The notes beneath the pieces were generated by a model, which did not search any database, was not told where the DNA came from, and saw nothing but the letters and a program-made list of their open reading frames with translations. A stretch of 64,000 nt of DNA from an uncultured bacterium (GTDB taxonomy: Bacteria > Zixibacteria > MSB-5A5 > CAIYYT01). Where the stretch lies: assembly GCA_963726455.1 (NCBI GenBank), contig CAVSCK010000004.1:96001-160000 (forward strand). Direction: 5' to 3'. Position 1 is the stretch's first letter. Every line of letters starts with the position of its first letter. The translations under genes and the position numbers were made by a program. Shown here one piece after another: positions 1 to 10,309 of the stretch.

Positions 1-2
1 TA

Positions 3-143
3 CGGACGTACCTGATCGACAATTATAAGGTCGACGGCGCACGCATGGAAAGCAAGGGTTTGGGCGAGACCAAACCGATTGACGTCAACACTTCCGCCGA
101 AGGCAAAGCCAACAACCGGCGCGTCGAGTTGGTCAAGTTATAA
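3..143 (+). CDS. OmpA/Pal-family peptidoglycan-binding protein, C-terminal fragment (5' end outside window)
   Basis: Manual translation RTYLIDNYKVDGARMESKGLGETKPIDVNTSAEGKANNRRVELVKL* contains the OmpA_C GxGExxP...NRRVE motif. Confidence 0.85.
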   Translation, partial: RTYLIDNYKVDGARMESKGLGETKPIDVNTSAEGKANNRRVELVKL

Positions 144-221
144 TAGATGTTATCGCAGATCATCGGCGTCTCATTCACGCAATGAGGCGTCGTTACATAA
201 GCGCGGATTCAAGGAGGAATC

Positions 222-813
222 ATGGGTCTTGTTGACAGAGCCAAAGGCATTCTTATGTCACCGGCTACGGAATGGGAAGCGATCAAAACCGAAGCCATTT
301 CCACCGGACAGATGATTGGTGGCTACGCGGCCGTCCTGGCCATTATTCCGGCGGTTGCCGGTTTCATCGGCTACTGCTTCGTGGGCATTCCGATGATCGG
401 CAAAATTCCTTTCGGTCCGGGATTGATCTGGGCTGTGATGTATTACATCCTGTCTCTCGTCAGTATCTGGATATTGGCTTTCGTGATTGATGCCCTGGCT
501 CCTTCGTTCGGGGCGAGCCAAGGATATGAATGCCTCGATGAAGGTCTCCGCATATTCCATGACCGCCGCCTGGATTGCCGGAATCTTCACGATTATCCCG
601 ATGCTTTCGATATTGTCCATCTTCGGACTCTATTCGCTCTACCTGCTTTATGTCGGGATGAAAGTCGTCAAAGCGCCGGCGGCTGACAAATTAACCGGCT
701 ACTTCGTCATCACGCTGTTGGTGGCAATCGTCGTGTACTTTGTGATCAGCATGGTCGTAAGCATCGTAACCATCGGACCATATATGGTCGGAGAAGCGCT
801 GCGCGGAATGTAG
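222..813 (+). CDS. Yip1-family membrane protein (frameshift near 520)
   Basis: RAKGILMSPATEWEAI start and several TM segments. ORFs 222-686 and 487-813 join. RBS AGGAGG. Confidence 0.8.
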
Positions 814-840
814 CCGAGCGACCAATCGTTAGTGAGTTGT

Positions 841-869
841 GCGCCGTCAGGAATCACTTCCTGACGGCG
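841..869. repeat. REP-like palindrome family A, copy 1
   Basis: GCGCCGTCAGGA-ATCACT-TCCTGACGGCG, identical to 3222-3250. Confidence 0.85.
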
Positions 870-912
870 TTGTCTTTTCCAAAACCGCACTCTAATCTCC
901 TCGATAAATTCC

Positions 913-942
913 TTGACATCAAAATTGGATAATGTCTATCTT
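913..942 (+). promoter_or_regulatory. Candidate sigma70 promoter
   Basis: TTGACA-N18-TATCTT upstream of the CDS at 1025. Confidence 0.4.
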
Positions 943-1024
943 CTCTCAGCACAAAACAAGAATCCGAATTCGAAAAATAGCCACCTTTGGCGGCTGCTTA
1001 ACTCATTCCTCACAGGAGGGTAGC

Positions 1025-3147
1025 ATGAAGCACGTTGTTTACGCATTGATTATGGCGGCAATGCTCGTGTTAATCGTTGCGCCGGCAGTCTTCGGAATCG
1101 ACTCCGAGACGAACATAGCAGCATTGACGACGACTGACCGGGGCACAAAAGATGAGGTTATGCTGACCTACGACGGCAGTGCTCTCTGGCAGGGGTCGTC
1201 AGGCGTCTGCGTTGCCGGCAATTATGCATATCTGTTCTTATTCTATGGGATCCTGGTGTTCGATCTTTCGAATCCTTCAGCTCCCATCAATGCCGTTGAC
1301 CTTTTCGACGAGGGATCAACGTACAAGATCAGAGCGCAGGCGGGGAATCACATCTACACCGAATCTTACGGGGGACATTTCTGCATAATCGATATCTCGA
1401 TTCCCGACAAGCCGAGCCATGATACTCAATTACCCGCTACAGGGCTGGATGCGCGACCTGGACGTCGTGGGAAATCACGTGTACATTGCTATGGATTCCA
1501 CGCTGGAAATATCTGGATATCACGATTCCAACCGCGCCCATTTCACTGGTCAGATATCGTCTCCCGCTTCAGACCTATGACATCACAGTAATCGGGAACT
1601 ACGCCTACATTGCCTGCCGAGACTACGGCATGCTCATTGTCGATGTCTCGAATCCTGCCAGTCCGAGTTTGGCAAAGAACCAGCCGCGCGTGAATGCAGT
1701 GGATGGCGTCGATCGTGCGGGGAACTACCTGCTGTCCATGCTGACGACGGGAGTCACTCTGATCAGCGACGTCACGAACCCCGAATCGCCGTTGACGCTG
1801 GGATCGTTTCCTTCGGTCTTCAAGCTCGGCGCCAGCGGCAACTACCTGATGGGATTGTATTCTGACACGGTTCGCGTAATCGATATTTCAAATCCAGCCG
1901 CACCATTCACGGCCAATTATTGGTTGTCCCCCGGCTTTGCCAATCGGGCCGGGACGGCAACCGCAAACTGGTTGCTGACGACGGAATGGAATGGCAGACT
2001 GGACATCTTCGACATTACGGACGTCATGCAGCCGTCGCTGGTTTCGCAGTACCGGTCGCCTGAATATATGGCTGCCTACGACATGCAGATCAGGGATCGT
2101 TACGCCATGATTGCCTCAGCCAACGGCCTCAGAGTTGTTGATGTTTCGGATTCCACCCGTCTGGACGTCGTAGCCACCCTGGATCTTGGTCGCCGTAGCA
2201 GACAGATCGCTCTGAGTGGCAATTATGCTTACATGCTTGCCGACAGTCTTGACCTCGCGATTGTTGATATCTCTAATCCTCTGGCGCCTGCGCCGGTGAG
2301 TACGCTGCTTTGTTCTGGGTATTCGCAAGACCTGACCGTCTCAGGCAACCATGTTTACATCGCCGACGGAGACCAGGGACTCACGGTCGTGGATGTCAGC
2401 GACCCGGCGACGCCCTTCATCGCCGGGCACTCCGACCTGGGCCTAACTGCGGGTCATTATGCCTTTTGTGTCGAAGTCTCAGGCAACTACGCGTATCTGT
2501 CAGGCCATAGCCGCGAGATATTCATAGCAGACATTACGGAACCCACTAACCCGCAACTTGCCGGAGTCTACACACCCGAAACCTCGCAGTGGATTGAGGA
2601 TATTCTGATAAATGGAAATCGAATGTACCTGTCGGACTCGCGTTATGGAATGCAGATTTTCGACCTCAGCGACCCTCTGGCGCCGATTCTGCTTGGTGGG
2701 GTTGCCGATAATTACCAATGGTATGCGCTGCCGCAATCGCTTCGGCTCGTGGGTAATTATCTCTATCAGACCGACTACGGGCTCGGCCTGAGGATCATCA
2801 ATGTCGCCAACCCGACCGATCCGTATGTTGCCGGTCAGTTCAAAACTCTGCCGGGATGGTCGATGGAGTCCGGCATCTTTGGCCAGTACGCTCTGATTGC
2901 GACTGACAACGGCCTGTTGCGCGCGAAATTCAGCAGCCCGATTTGTGGTGATGTGGATGCCAGTGGCGGCGTCGATATCTCCGATGCCATCGCGATCATC
3001 CAGTACATATTTTCAGCGGGTTATGTCGGACATATTCCGGCTCAGGCCGATGTCAATTGTGACGGGTCTCCGGACATATCAGACGTTGTCTACCTGATCA
3101 GTTACATCTTCGGAGGCGGACCTGCGCCCTGCGCCGGCTGCAAATAG
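1025..3147 (+). CDS. Secreted LVIVD-repeat beta-propeller protein with C-terminal dockerin (frameshifted around 1420-1500)
   Basis: Signal peptide MKHVVYALIMAAML, many VSGNYAYxA...LxIVDVSNPxxP repeats, and a C-terminal dockerin pair ending GGGPAPCAGCK. Confidence 0.85.
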
Positions 3148-3221
3148 TCGACTGAGGCAACTCGAGAGCAAATATAATAGATCAATCGGTGATGGTTGAA
3201 CTTTTCCAATGCCATCAACTC

Positions 3222-3251
3222 GCGCCGTCAGGAATCACTTCCTGACGGCGC
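3222..3251. repeat. REP-like palindrome family A, copy 2
   Basis: Perfect 12-bp stem GCGCCGTCAGGA/TCCTGACGGCGC. Confidence 0.85.
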
Positions 3252-3300
3252 TGCTGTGTTTGCGTGGTTGTCATTCACACGAAGGCGGGGAACCGGCTTT

Positions 3301-3331
3301 GTAGCCCACCCAGAGCTTGCGACAGGTGGGA
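3301..3331 (+). repeat. GTAG-REP family B, copy 1
   Basis: GTAG-CCCACC-CAGAGCTTGCGACA-GGTGGG-A. Confidence 0.75.
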
Positions 3332-3509
3332 ACTGCCTTACATCGACAAGAAGCGAGCCGACATCGAGTAGTTGTGAGCATACATCGCCGAAATGTATGC
3401 GTGATCTGCGGCGATGTAAGCTTACTCTGAGCCAAAGTAAAGGGGCGAAATGTCGAATTAAGTCATTAAATGACAAAGGGATCGGTCTTTAGCTGGAGCG
3501 AATTGGCCT

Positions 3510-3537
3510 GCGCCGTCGGGAATCCTTTCCCGACGGC
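3510..3537. repeat. REP-like palindrome family A, variant copy 3
   Basis: GCGCCGTCGGGA-ATCCTT-TCCCGACGGC, with a compensatory A-T to G-C change in the stem. Confidence 0.75.
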
Positions 3538-3564
3538 TGCCGCTAACCTACGCAGGGACGATTT

Positions 3565-3595
3565 GTAGCCCGCCCAGCGCTTGCAACGGGCGGGA
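3565..3595 (+). repeat. GTAG-REP family B, copy 2
   Basis: GTAG-CCCGCCC-AGCGCTTGCAAC-GGGCGGG-A, with a compensatory change relative to copy 1. Confidence 0.75.
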
Positions 3596-3864
3596 CTCTT
3601 GTTGATCGCGAAACCCCTTGACATGAACGACAGAACAATCAATCATGTGTAGGATGATTTAGTTAGTGATATAGGGGAAGGCGTTCTCTGAGTGTTGCCG
3701 AAGGAGTTCGTTGTCTGACGGACAGATTCGCCGAAGCAACTTGTATATCCGACTGAATACGAAGAACTCGGAGCAACATGCCAACGAACAATGTCCCTCC
3801 GTTTCGAATACGAATGCTCAAATTAAAAGCCCGAGTATTAAGTCAAGGACTTTAGGAGATCAAA

Positions 3865-4506
3865 GTGACTAGCAAAGTATCTTCTGCTGCAGTCGCAGTT
3901 GGCGGTGCCATCATTTCAGTATTGGTCACGATTCTTATAATACTGAATTTTCTGTCGGGAATCGTCGGTGGAATCTGGCTGGCAATTGAAGGGCAATGGA
4001 GAACGATTGGTTGGGGCTTCGGTCTAGGATTCGCAATGCCTTTTGCCTGGATGTTGGCGAGCCTTCCAACAATGGGCTTAGTGCTTCTGGTGGGTGCGTT
4101 CGCCGAGAAGGGCAGCAGATTTTTTGCCGGTGTCATAGGTTTTTTGGGTTCACTATATTCAAACACACTTATCAGCCTCTGGGTGTTCTATGTTTTTGTG
4201 TTCTTTATGGGTCGATCAGCGGCGGGCAGCCAGTTCGCTTACCTGTTTTGGGCGTATTCGACCATGATGGCGCCGCTGAGCTACATGGCCAGCAAGGAGC
4301 CGCCTGATAGCATAGGTACATCGTTGGGTTTGTTTTGCGCACAACTGCTATTCCTCGTGTTGTCGCTGCTGTGGGCGATAGATGCCTCTCAGAGAACGAT
4401 AATTGTGGCTTTCGCTTGCATTATCGGAGCATTTTCAGTGTTTGCGACTTATATGTCAGTGGCTTCAATATCTCCTCGATACGAAATGGGAGAGAATGAG
4501 TATTGA
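3865..4506 (+). CDS. Hypothetical multi-pass membrane protein
   Basis: 213-aa hydrophobic ORF with RBS AGGAG before GTG, AT-richer than its flanks. Confidence 0.7.
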   Translation: MTSKVSSAAVAVGGAIISVLVTILIILNFLSGIVGGIWLAIEGQWRTIGWGFGLGFAMPFAWMLASLPTMGLVLLVGAFAEKGSRFFAGVIGFLGSLYSNTLISLWVFYVFVFFMGRSAAGSQFAYLFWAYSTMMAPLSYMASKEPPDSIGTSLGLFCAQLLFLVLSLLWAIDASQRTIIVAFACIIGAFSVFATYMSVASISPRYEMGENEY

Positions 4507-4573
4507 TCGACCTAGATTTGACCGTGCAATTGTGCAGCCACATGCCATTCTGTGTTCCGATTTCTATAGTGCG

Positions 4574-4728
4574 GTAGGTCAAAACCGCTTCGGTTTTGAC
4601 ATTTTGTGATTGCGCGTTGCCTTTCACGTGTTATAGTTGATTATGTCTAAATTGCCGTGCTCCATCGGGGGACTCGGTTGCGTTGTCGACACAGGAGCAA
4701 AATCAAAACCGTAGCGGTTTTGACCTGC
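4574..4728. repeat. Inverted REP doublet (REPIN-like), family C
   Basis: GTAGGTCAAAACCGCTTCGGTTTTGAC at 4574-4600 and a reverse-strand copy GCAGGTCAAAACCGCTACGGTTTTGAT at 4702-4728. Confidence 0.8.
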
Positions 4729-4773
4729 AGAACTTGAAGTCTTAGTCAGAGAAGATTCATAATAGGAGCAAAG

Positions 4774-5622
4774 GTGGAGAGAGAAGACGAAAGGAGATTT
4801 CCTCGATACATAGCGGCAGTACTTGTGGGGATTGTTACGGGCGCAGTGCTCTGGGCAGCAATTCAAGCAGGCGTCAAGTTCAACTATGAGGAGGAGGCTC
4901 CTCTGGAGAACTGGGGATTCTTGTTTTGGGGAGAACACTGGCTGATAAGATTGTTGTGGAGTTTGGCTGCGACGAGCGTGGCTGCATTTCTCGCGGGCCT
5001 AGTGGCTAGAAAAGAAGGTCCGCTAATTGGTATTTTGTCTGCGCTTCCTACAACCTTTGTATGGTTTGCGTGTATTCCATTATGGTCCATTGGCGGTTCG
5101 CTGACAGGGGGGTGGAATTTCAGTGATCTTTCCCTCGGAAACAAGATACTCACGCTGGCTGCACCAGTAGGAGCAGTGTTTTGCGGATATTTCTTTGGCA
5201 GGTCAGGTCAGAATTACGCGTTTTCTGCATCAGCCCACTTTGACAAGCGTCCGCACACTTTTCTTGGCATAAAATGGTACAACCACCTATGGGTGCCTTT
5301 GGTATTGTATGCGATTGTTCTGGAGTCAGCGTGGGCAGTAGACTACGGACTAGCCTGGGTCCGCGCACAGTGGGCTGCCGGATTTGGGCTCTGGGCTTTC
5401 ATTTCGAGTTTGTTTCTGATGGCCATTATTGGCTGCTTGGCATTAACTTGGGAAGGCCTTAGGAGAGCCTACGATTATCTCAGTGATCGTATTGTCGATC
5501 GCACCCGTGTGGAGTCAGCGAAAGGCGTGATCAGGTATGGGTTCGGATACGTATTATTAGCGACGGTCCTTCAGGGCGCAATATCCCTAGTACCCTTGGT
5601 TGTCTCAAAACTTTTTCGCTAG
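4774..5622 (+). CDS. Hypothetical multi-pass membrane protein
   Basis: 282-aa ORF with about 7 hydrophobic segments and RBS AGGAG. Confidence 0.7.
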   Translation: MEREDERRFPRYIAAVLVGIVTGAVLWAAIQAGVKFNYEEEAPLENWGFLFWGEHWLIRLLWSLAATSVAAFLAGLVARKEGPLIGILSALPTTFVWFACIPLWSIGGSLTGGWNFSDLSLGNKILTLAAPVGAVFCGYFFGRSGQNYAFSASAHFDKRPHTFLGIKWYNHLWVPLVLYAIVLESAWAVDYGLAWVRAQWAAGFGLWAFISSLFLMAIIGCLALTWEGLRRAYDYLSDRIVDRTRVESAKGVIRYGFGYVLLATVLQGAISLVPLVVSKLFR

Positions 5623-5806
5623 AATGGGGTTTTAATTGCTTTGCTGAATCAAAAGCGGCTGGATATGCGTCAGCAAAGGAATCTGAGCATTTGATGTCCA
5701 GAATTAGCTATCGATAGTTGTTTGTTGACGACAGTGCGCGAATTCGCTAGATCTTTCCATAAGTGCTTTGTCCACTTTGAGAAGTCACTTACCACGGAGG
5801 CCCACA

Positions 5807-6436
5807 ATGTTGAAAAGGATACTGTTTTGCACCATATTAGTAGGCAATATCGCGTGTTATAAGTCGGATAGTTCCGAAGAGAAAGTCAAACAGTCACAGA
5901 ATATCGCCGCAATCAAAGCGTCAGTGGATTCCATTATCAGCAAATACAATGCGATCTCCGGCTGGGAAACGCGCGGCGGAGATGTCATGTTGAATGCGGT
6001 CTATACCGCTGACATTGAAGACATACTCATAGATACCAGCCGACGCCCAATTCTATTCTACGGCACGTTGGAGGACTTAGAGCCTAGAGAACAAGGCTAT
6101 ATCGCTCGACTGTCACCTTATTATTACGATGGGATTGGTGAATTAGTGAACTATCAACTCACATGTGATGAATTAACGAAGCAGCAGATATTCGTGCCAC
6201 TGTCTGACCGAGAGTGGGAAAGCGGTCTGGCCGTTGTATGTAGTTTGGAACGCGTGGAGAAGCTGAGATTCGCCGTCGACGCTGAGACTTATGGAAAGGG
6301 CGAAGACAAATACGGTGAGATTAGCGTCCAATACTCCCCCGCAGAATTCCTCGCTACCGGGAAGGTTTTGGGCGCAGTGCACATAAAGAACCTGTGGGAC
6401 TACATGAAGAGCATCGAGCAAAAAGGAACTGAATAA
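5807..6436 (+). CDS. Hypothetical lipoprotein
   Basis: RBS GGAGG and a lipobox-like start MLKRILFCTILVGNIAC. Confidence 0.7.
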   Translation: MLKRILFCTILVGNIACYKSDSSEEKVKQSQNIAAIKASVDSIISKYNAISGWETRGGDVMLNAVYTADIEDILIDTSRRPILFYGTLEDLEPREQGYIARLSPYYYDGIGELVNYQLTCDELTKQQIFVPLSDREWESGLAVVCSLERVEKLRFAVDAETYGKGEDKYGEISVQYSPAEFLATGKVLGAVHIKNLWDYMKSIEQKGTE

Positions 6437-6439
6437 AAA

Positions 6440-6763
6440 TTGAAGTCAGGTGCTACGTTTACTTGCATAATAGTCGTGTCCATAGTCATGACATTGGTCG
6501 CAATCCCAACTTGGATGCCCTATGATTATTACGTTCTTCTTCGTATAGTGAACTCAGTTGTGTTCGCTTACATGTGCGTCAGACTTGCAAAATCAAACGA
6601 AATATGGGCTCTGACTTTTGCTCTCCTTTGCATTGTCTTTAACCCTCTAGTAACAGTACGCTTGAGCAAAGGGACGTGGACTGTTGTGGATGTTGCAACA
6701 GTAATCATAATGCTGATTTACTTGACGTTTCGAATTGTGAAGCGGTCCCGAAAGGTTTTGTAG
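6440..6763 (+). CDS. Small membrane protein (DUF6804-like)
   Basis: MPYDYYVLLR...IVFNPL...L.KGTW.VVD pattern. Confidence 0.7.
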   Translation: MKSGATFTCIIVVSIVMTLVAIPTWMPYDYYVLLRIVNSVVFAYMCVRLAKSNEIWALTFALLCIVFNPLVTVRLSKGTWTVVDVATVIIMLIYLTFRIVKRSRKVL

Positions 6764-6823
6764 GTCAAAACCGCTGAAATTATGAGAAATTCGTATCCCA
6801 CCCAAAGGCATCCGACAGGTGGG
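6760..6823 (+). repeat. Half family-C REP overlapping a stop codon, plus a family-B REP
   Basis: GTAGGTCAAAACCGCT at 6760-6775 supplies the TAG stop. GTATCCCACCC...GACAGGTGGG at 6793-6823. Confidence 0.65.
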
Positions 6824-6887
6824 TTCTTTCGTTGCTGGCTGAAACCTGTGTTCTTAGACAGCACCTCGCGTAACGTCACGAAAGAAA

Positions 6888-6996
6888 TGTCGGGTTTCTC
6901 ACTTGCCGATCTAATCCTGGCGGTCGCAATATCTATGTCTTCTTCTCATCAGCGTGACGATTGAATCTGACATCGTTCGGAACCCGACCCACGAAT
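6888..6996 (-). repeat. Family E element (conserved ends, 70-bp interior), copy 1
   Basis: Reverse strand reads GTGGGTCGGGTTCCGAACG...AGTGAGAAACCCGACA, with the same ends at 63284-63390. Confidence 0.75.
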
Positions 6997-7052
6997 CCTC
7001 CAAGTGCAAAATTCGCCTGACAATCGCACTTCGCTCGCGTACATTCCTCCCC

Positions 7053-7812
7053 ATGCACGTCACGCCCGTAATCGCTTTTCTATTGGTACTGGCAGGATTC
7101 TTCGGCGGATTGGTTGATTCCATCGCCGGTGGGGGAGGACTGATCACGTTGCCGGCGTTGTTGGCGTTCGGACTGCCGCCGCATCAGGCACTCGGCACCA
7201 ACAAATTCCAATCGACGTTCGGCAGCATCACGTCATCGTACAACTATGTCAAGCACGGCGGCATTTCGCTGCGCCCGGCACTCTGGGGAATCGTGTTCAC
7301 GATCATCGGGTCAGCCGCCGGTGCGCAGGTCGTGCAACTGGTGCGCGGCGATATTCTCGACTGGATCATCCCTTTCCTCTTGCTGCTGATTCTGGTGTAC
7401 GTGCTGGTCTCGCCCGATCTCGGCAAACATGAGTCGCATCCCCGCATGAAGAATGCCATCTTCTATCTGGTCTTCGGACTCGGCATCGGTTTCTACGACG
7501 GCTTCTTCGGCCCCGGCACCGGATCGTTCTGGCCGGTGGCGATGGTGCTGCTATTGGGATTGAATCTCGTGCAGGCGACCGGCTACACCAAAGTCATGAA
7601 CTTCACCAGCAACATCGTCTCGCTGGTCGTGTTCCTGATCGGCGGCAAGATTGTCTTCCTGCCCGGGTCTGTGCATGGGAATCGGCGAAGTCTTCGGCGC
7701 CCGCATCGGCGCGCATCTGGTCATCAAGCGCGGTGTCAAATTTATTCGCCCGGTGTACATCGTCGTGGTGCTCGCGACAACGGCGAAACTGTTCTACGAT
7801 AATCTGAAATAG
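7053..7812 (+). CDS. TSUP (TauE/SafE, YfcA-like) transporter (frameshift near 7670)
   Basis: DSIAGGGGLITLP, ALGTNKFQ and GFYDGFFGPGTGSF motifs. Confidence 0.9.
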
Positions 7813-7920
7813 GGTGGGCGTCGGTTCACAATTTCGCGCTGGGAATTCGAAAGGATCAAGGTCATGCTGAAGAACCGCGCGAAATCAGGAACCGACGCAA
7901 CGTCGCAGTGGGTCGTGCAA

Positions 7921-8004
7921 TAGTCGCGCCTAAAGTCGCTCCTACAAGCATTGATATGTCTTGTTAGTGTTTGGTGGCTGTAGGAGCGACTTTAGGCGCG
8001 ACTA
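7921..8004. repeat. Inverted GTAG-REP doublet, family D, between convergent genes (possible bidirectional terminator)
   Basis: Perfect 25-bp inverted repeat TAGTCGCGCCTAAAGTCGCTCCTAC / GTAGGAGCGACTTTAGGCGCGACTA. Confidence 0.85.
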
Positions 8005-8008
8005 CGAA

Positions 8009-8788
8009 TTACGATTTGCGGCCTGCAAATTCGCGCTTGTTGAATAGTACCACCGAAGCGCAGAACAGCATCAGCGACCATAGCAGGAAATAACCGATGC
8101 CTTTGATCAGCGGCGAAATCGTCGGGATGTCGGCCATCAAGAGTTCCGAAATGCCGTAGGAGATATTCAGGTCAACCGTAATGAATTTCAGAACCTTGGC
8201 GACTATTCCCGCCCAACTCATCGGCAACACGACAAAGATCTTGGCGAGGAGGTACAGGAACATCCAGCCGAGTGTAATCGTTGCTGCCATGAGCGGCTTG
8301 ACGAAGCTGGAGAAGAACGCGCCCGCAAACATGAACACCAGATAGGATGCAAATTCCTGGATCAAGTAGAGCGGAAACGATAGCGGCAGCGCAAACCGGA
8401 AGAATATCAGATGCGCGGCCAAATAAAAGACCACCACTGCCCCCAGATAGATCGCCAGCGCATACACGCAACCCAGCACTTTGCCGAGATAGATTTCGAT
8501 GCGCGACAGGGGACGCGCCAGGAATGTCAACAGCGTGCCGTCCTTTTCATCCTGACGCCATAGTGTTGCGCCGAGCATCAACGCGGCAATTTCCCCGAAG
8601 AATCGCGTGAAGCCAAAATACGTTGACGCCGTCGCCGCGCCGACTGAGACATTGCCCGCAACGATGCCCATGATGACAACCGGGAATATCGTGAATAGTG
8701 ATATGACCGCGCAGGCGATGATGAAAATCAAAATCATTTTCGAGTGCCGAAGTTTGCTCAGCTTGTGCAGCGCAACCGAATTAATCAT
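8009..8788 (-). CDS. ABC-2 type transporter permease
   Basis: DEKDGTLLTFLARPLSRIEIYLGK motif, about 6 TM segments, ends FNKREF. Confidence 0.85.
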   Translation of the reverse strand: MINSVALHKLSKLRHSKMILIFIIACAVISLFTIFPVVIMGIVAGNVSVGAATASTYFGFTRFFGEIAALMLGATLWRQDEKDGTLLTFLARPLSRIEIYLGKVLGCVYALAIYLGAVVVFYLAAHLIFFRFALPLSFPLYLIQEFASYLVFMFAGAFFSSFVKPLMAATITLGWMFLYLLAKIFVVLPMSWAGIVAKVLKFITVDLNISYGISELLMADIPTISPLIKGIGYFLLWSLMLFCASVVLFNKREFAGRKS

Positions 8789-9713
8789 TTGACAAGTCCT
8801 CGTGGCGCATCAGTTTCAGGAACTGGCTTTGCAGACTACCGCCGAGTGGTTTCAAACTGACTATATCGCCGCCATTCTGTAGAATTGCCTGCAGCACGAA
8901 ATCCTTTGATTCCTTGTCGCGGCAGGTTACTTCGAAACGATTTTCGTCAGCGGTCACTTTGGCTCTGACCGACAGCAGATTCTGCAGGTCCGCCGAGCCG
9001 CCGGCGTACACAATCTTGTATCCGCGTTGATCGGCGGTCATCAGGTTTCGAACCGAGTCAAACGCCAGCAACTCGCCGCCATTGATGATAGCCACGCGGT
9101 CGGCAACATCTTCAACATCGGAGAGAATATGCGTCGACAGAAAGACCGTCTTGCCTTCGGCGCGCAACTTGAGGAACAGTTGTTTGATTCGCGCCTTGGC
9201 GATTGGGTCCATGCCCGATGTCGGTTCATCTAGAATTAGAATCTGCGGATCGCCGATCAACGCCTGTGCCAGGCCAATCTTCTGCGTCATGCCTTTGGAG
9301 TAGTTGCGAATCTTGACATTGGTGGCATCTGGCATATCGAGGAAGTTCATTAGTTCAGGAATATGCGCTGCCACCAGATCGCGATTGCGACTGCTCAACC
9401 GACCGAACAGCCGCAGGAATTTGGCGCCGGTCAGGAAACCATCAAAGGCAAATATCTCCGGCAGAAACCCGACCTGTTGCCGCGATTGTGGTTCCCGCGA
9501 ATTAATTCCCATAATCTCGGTGCGCCCCGAGGTAGGGAAGAGGACATCCATCAACACATGCATTGCCGTGGTCTTGCCCGCGCCATTCGGTCCGAGGAAA
9601 CCGACAATCTCGCCGGCAGGAACATCGAAACTGATTCCGTTCAGCGCGCGCTTGTTGGTACCCCGATCTTTGTATGTCTTCGCCAGATTATCAAATCGAA
9701 TCGCCGCCGTCAT
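8781..9713 (-). CDS. ABC transporter ATP-binding protein
   Basis: Walker A GPNGAGKTT, signature YSKGM, Walker B ILILDEPTSG. Confidence 0.95.
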   Translation of the reverse strand: MTAAIRFDNLAKTYKDRGTNKRALNGISFDVPAGEIVGFLGPNGAGKTTAMHVLMDVLFPTSGRTEIMGINSREPQSRQQVGFLPEIFAFDGFLTGAKFLRLFGRLSSRNRDLVAAHIPELMNFLDMPDATNVKIRNYSKGMTQKIGLAQALIGDPQILILDEPTSGMDPIAKARIKQLFLKLRAEGKTVFLSTHILSDVEDVADRVAIINGGELLAFDSVRNLMTADQRGYKIVYAGGSADLQNLLSVRAKVTADENRFEVTCRDKESKDFVLQAILQNGGDIVSLKPLGGSLQSQFLKLMRHEDLSND

Positions 9714-10291
9714 TTCGTGCCCCCTCCGAGTTGGAAACGAATGCCGCCGGGACGATTTGTCATGCTCTTAAACATTTCAATTCGCGCCAGAATTTCCGCT
9801 ATTTGGCCCTCGCGATAACCCTCGAACTTGTCGACCAGTTGGCCTTCAGGACTGAAGATGGCGGTCACCGGCAGACTGCGAATGGGATACCTGATCAGAA
9901 ACTGTCCTTTCGGTGAGCGACCGAACGGCATATCAGGGTTGTCAAAATCCACGGCACTACGCGCCGTTTGTAGCGAATCGCCGTAGTTCACGAGATAGAG
10001 AGTCGCCAAGGTGTCGAGCTGCTGCTCCTTGAACAGTTTCAACGCCTCATTGATTTGTTGAGAGCTGCGCGCAGACGAGGCGTTCCAGAATATAACCACC
10101 GCATATCGATCATCGAGCGAACCGGGAATTGTGATTTGCTCGCCGGTGTTTGTGGTAAAACTGAGTTCGACGTCCGGCGCGCTTGTGTCAGCAGTCTTGA
10201 CGTTGCTGACAATCAGAAACTGCCAGATCACCAGACCAACCGCAGCGGCTATCAACGCAATTTGATAATATTTGACTTGGCGAAGTGGCAC
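9710..10291 (-). CDS. Membrane-anchored TlpA/redoxin-fold protein lacking CxxC
   Basis: N-terminal TM, APDVEL, VIFWNASSARS in place of FWAxWCxxC, and YPIRSLPVTAIFSPEG cis-Pro loop. Confidence 0.7.
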   Translation of the reverse strand: MPLRQVKYYQIALIAAAVGLVIWQFLIVSNVKTADTSAPDVELSFTTNTGEQITIPGSLDDRYAVVIFWNASSARSSQQINEALKLFKEQQLDTLATLYLVNYGDSLQTARSAVDFDNPDMPFGRSPKGQFLIRYPIRSLPVTAIFSPEGQLVDKFEGYREGQIAEILARIEMFKSMTNRPGGIRFQLGGGTK

Positions 10292-10309
10292 GTTAATTGA
10301 TCCCTGTCC

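Noticed and set aside
3865-6763. Integron cassette array
   Set aside because: No attC-like RYYYAAC...GTTRRRY sites were recognised after the genes and no integrase is present. The repeats are GTAG-REP-like.
6888-6992. Possible hammerhead ribozyme on the minus strand (CTGATGAG...GAAAC with GTCGGGT/ACCCGAC pairing)
   Set aside because: Stem II has no closing G-C pair or clear helix, stem I is poor, and the sister copy at 63284 lacks the CTGANGA core.
841-8004. Repeated palindromes as a CRISPR array
   Set aside because: There is no regular repeat-spacer period, several unrelated families are mixed, and no cas genes are present.
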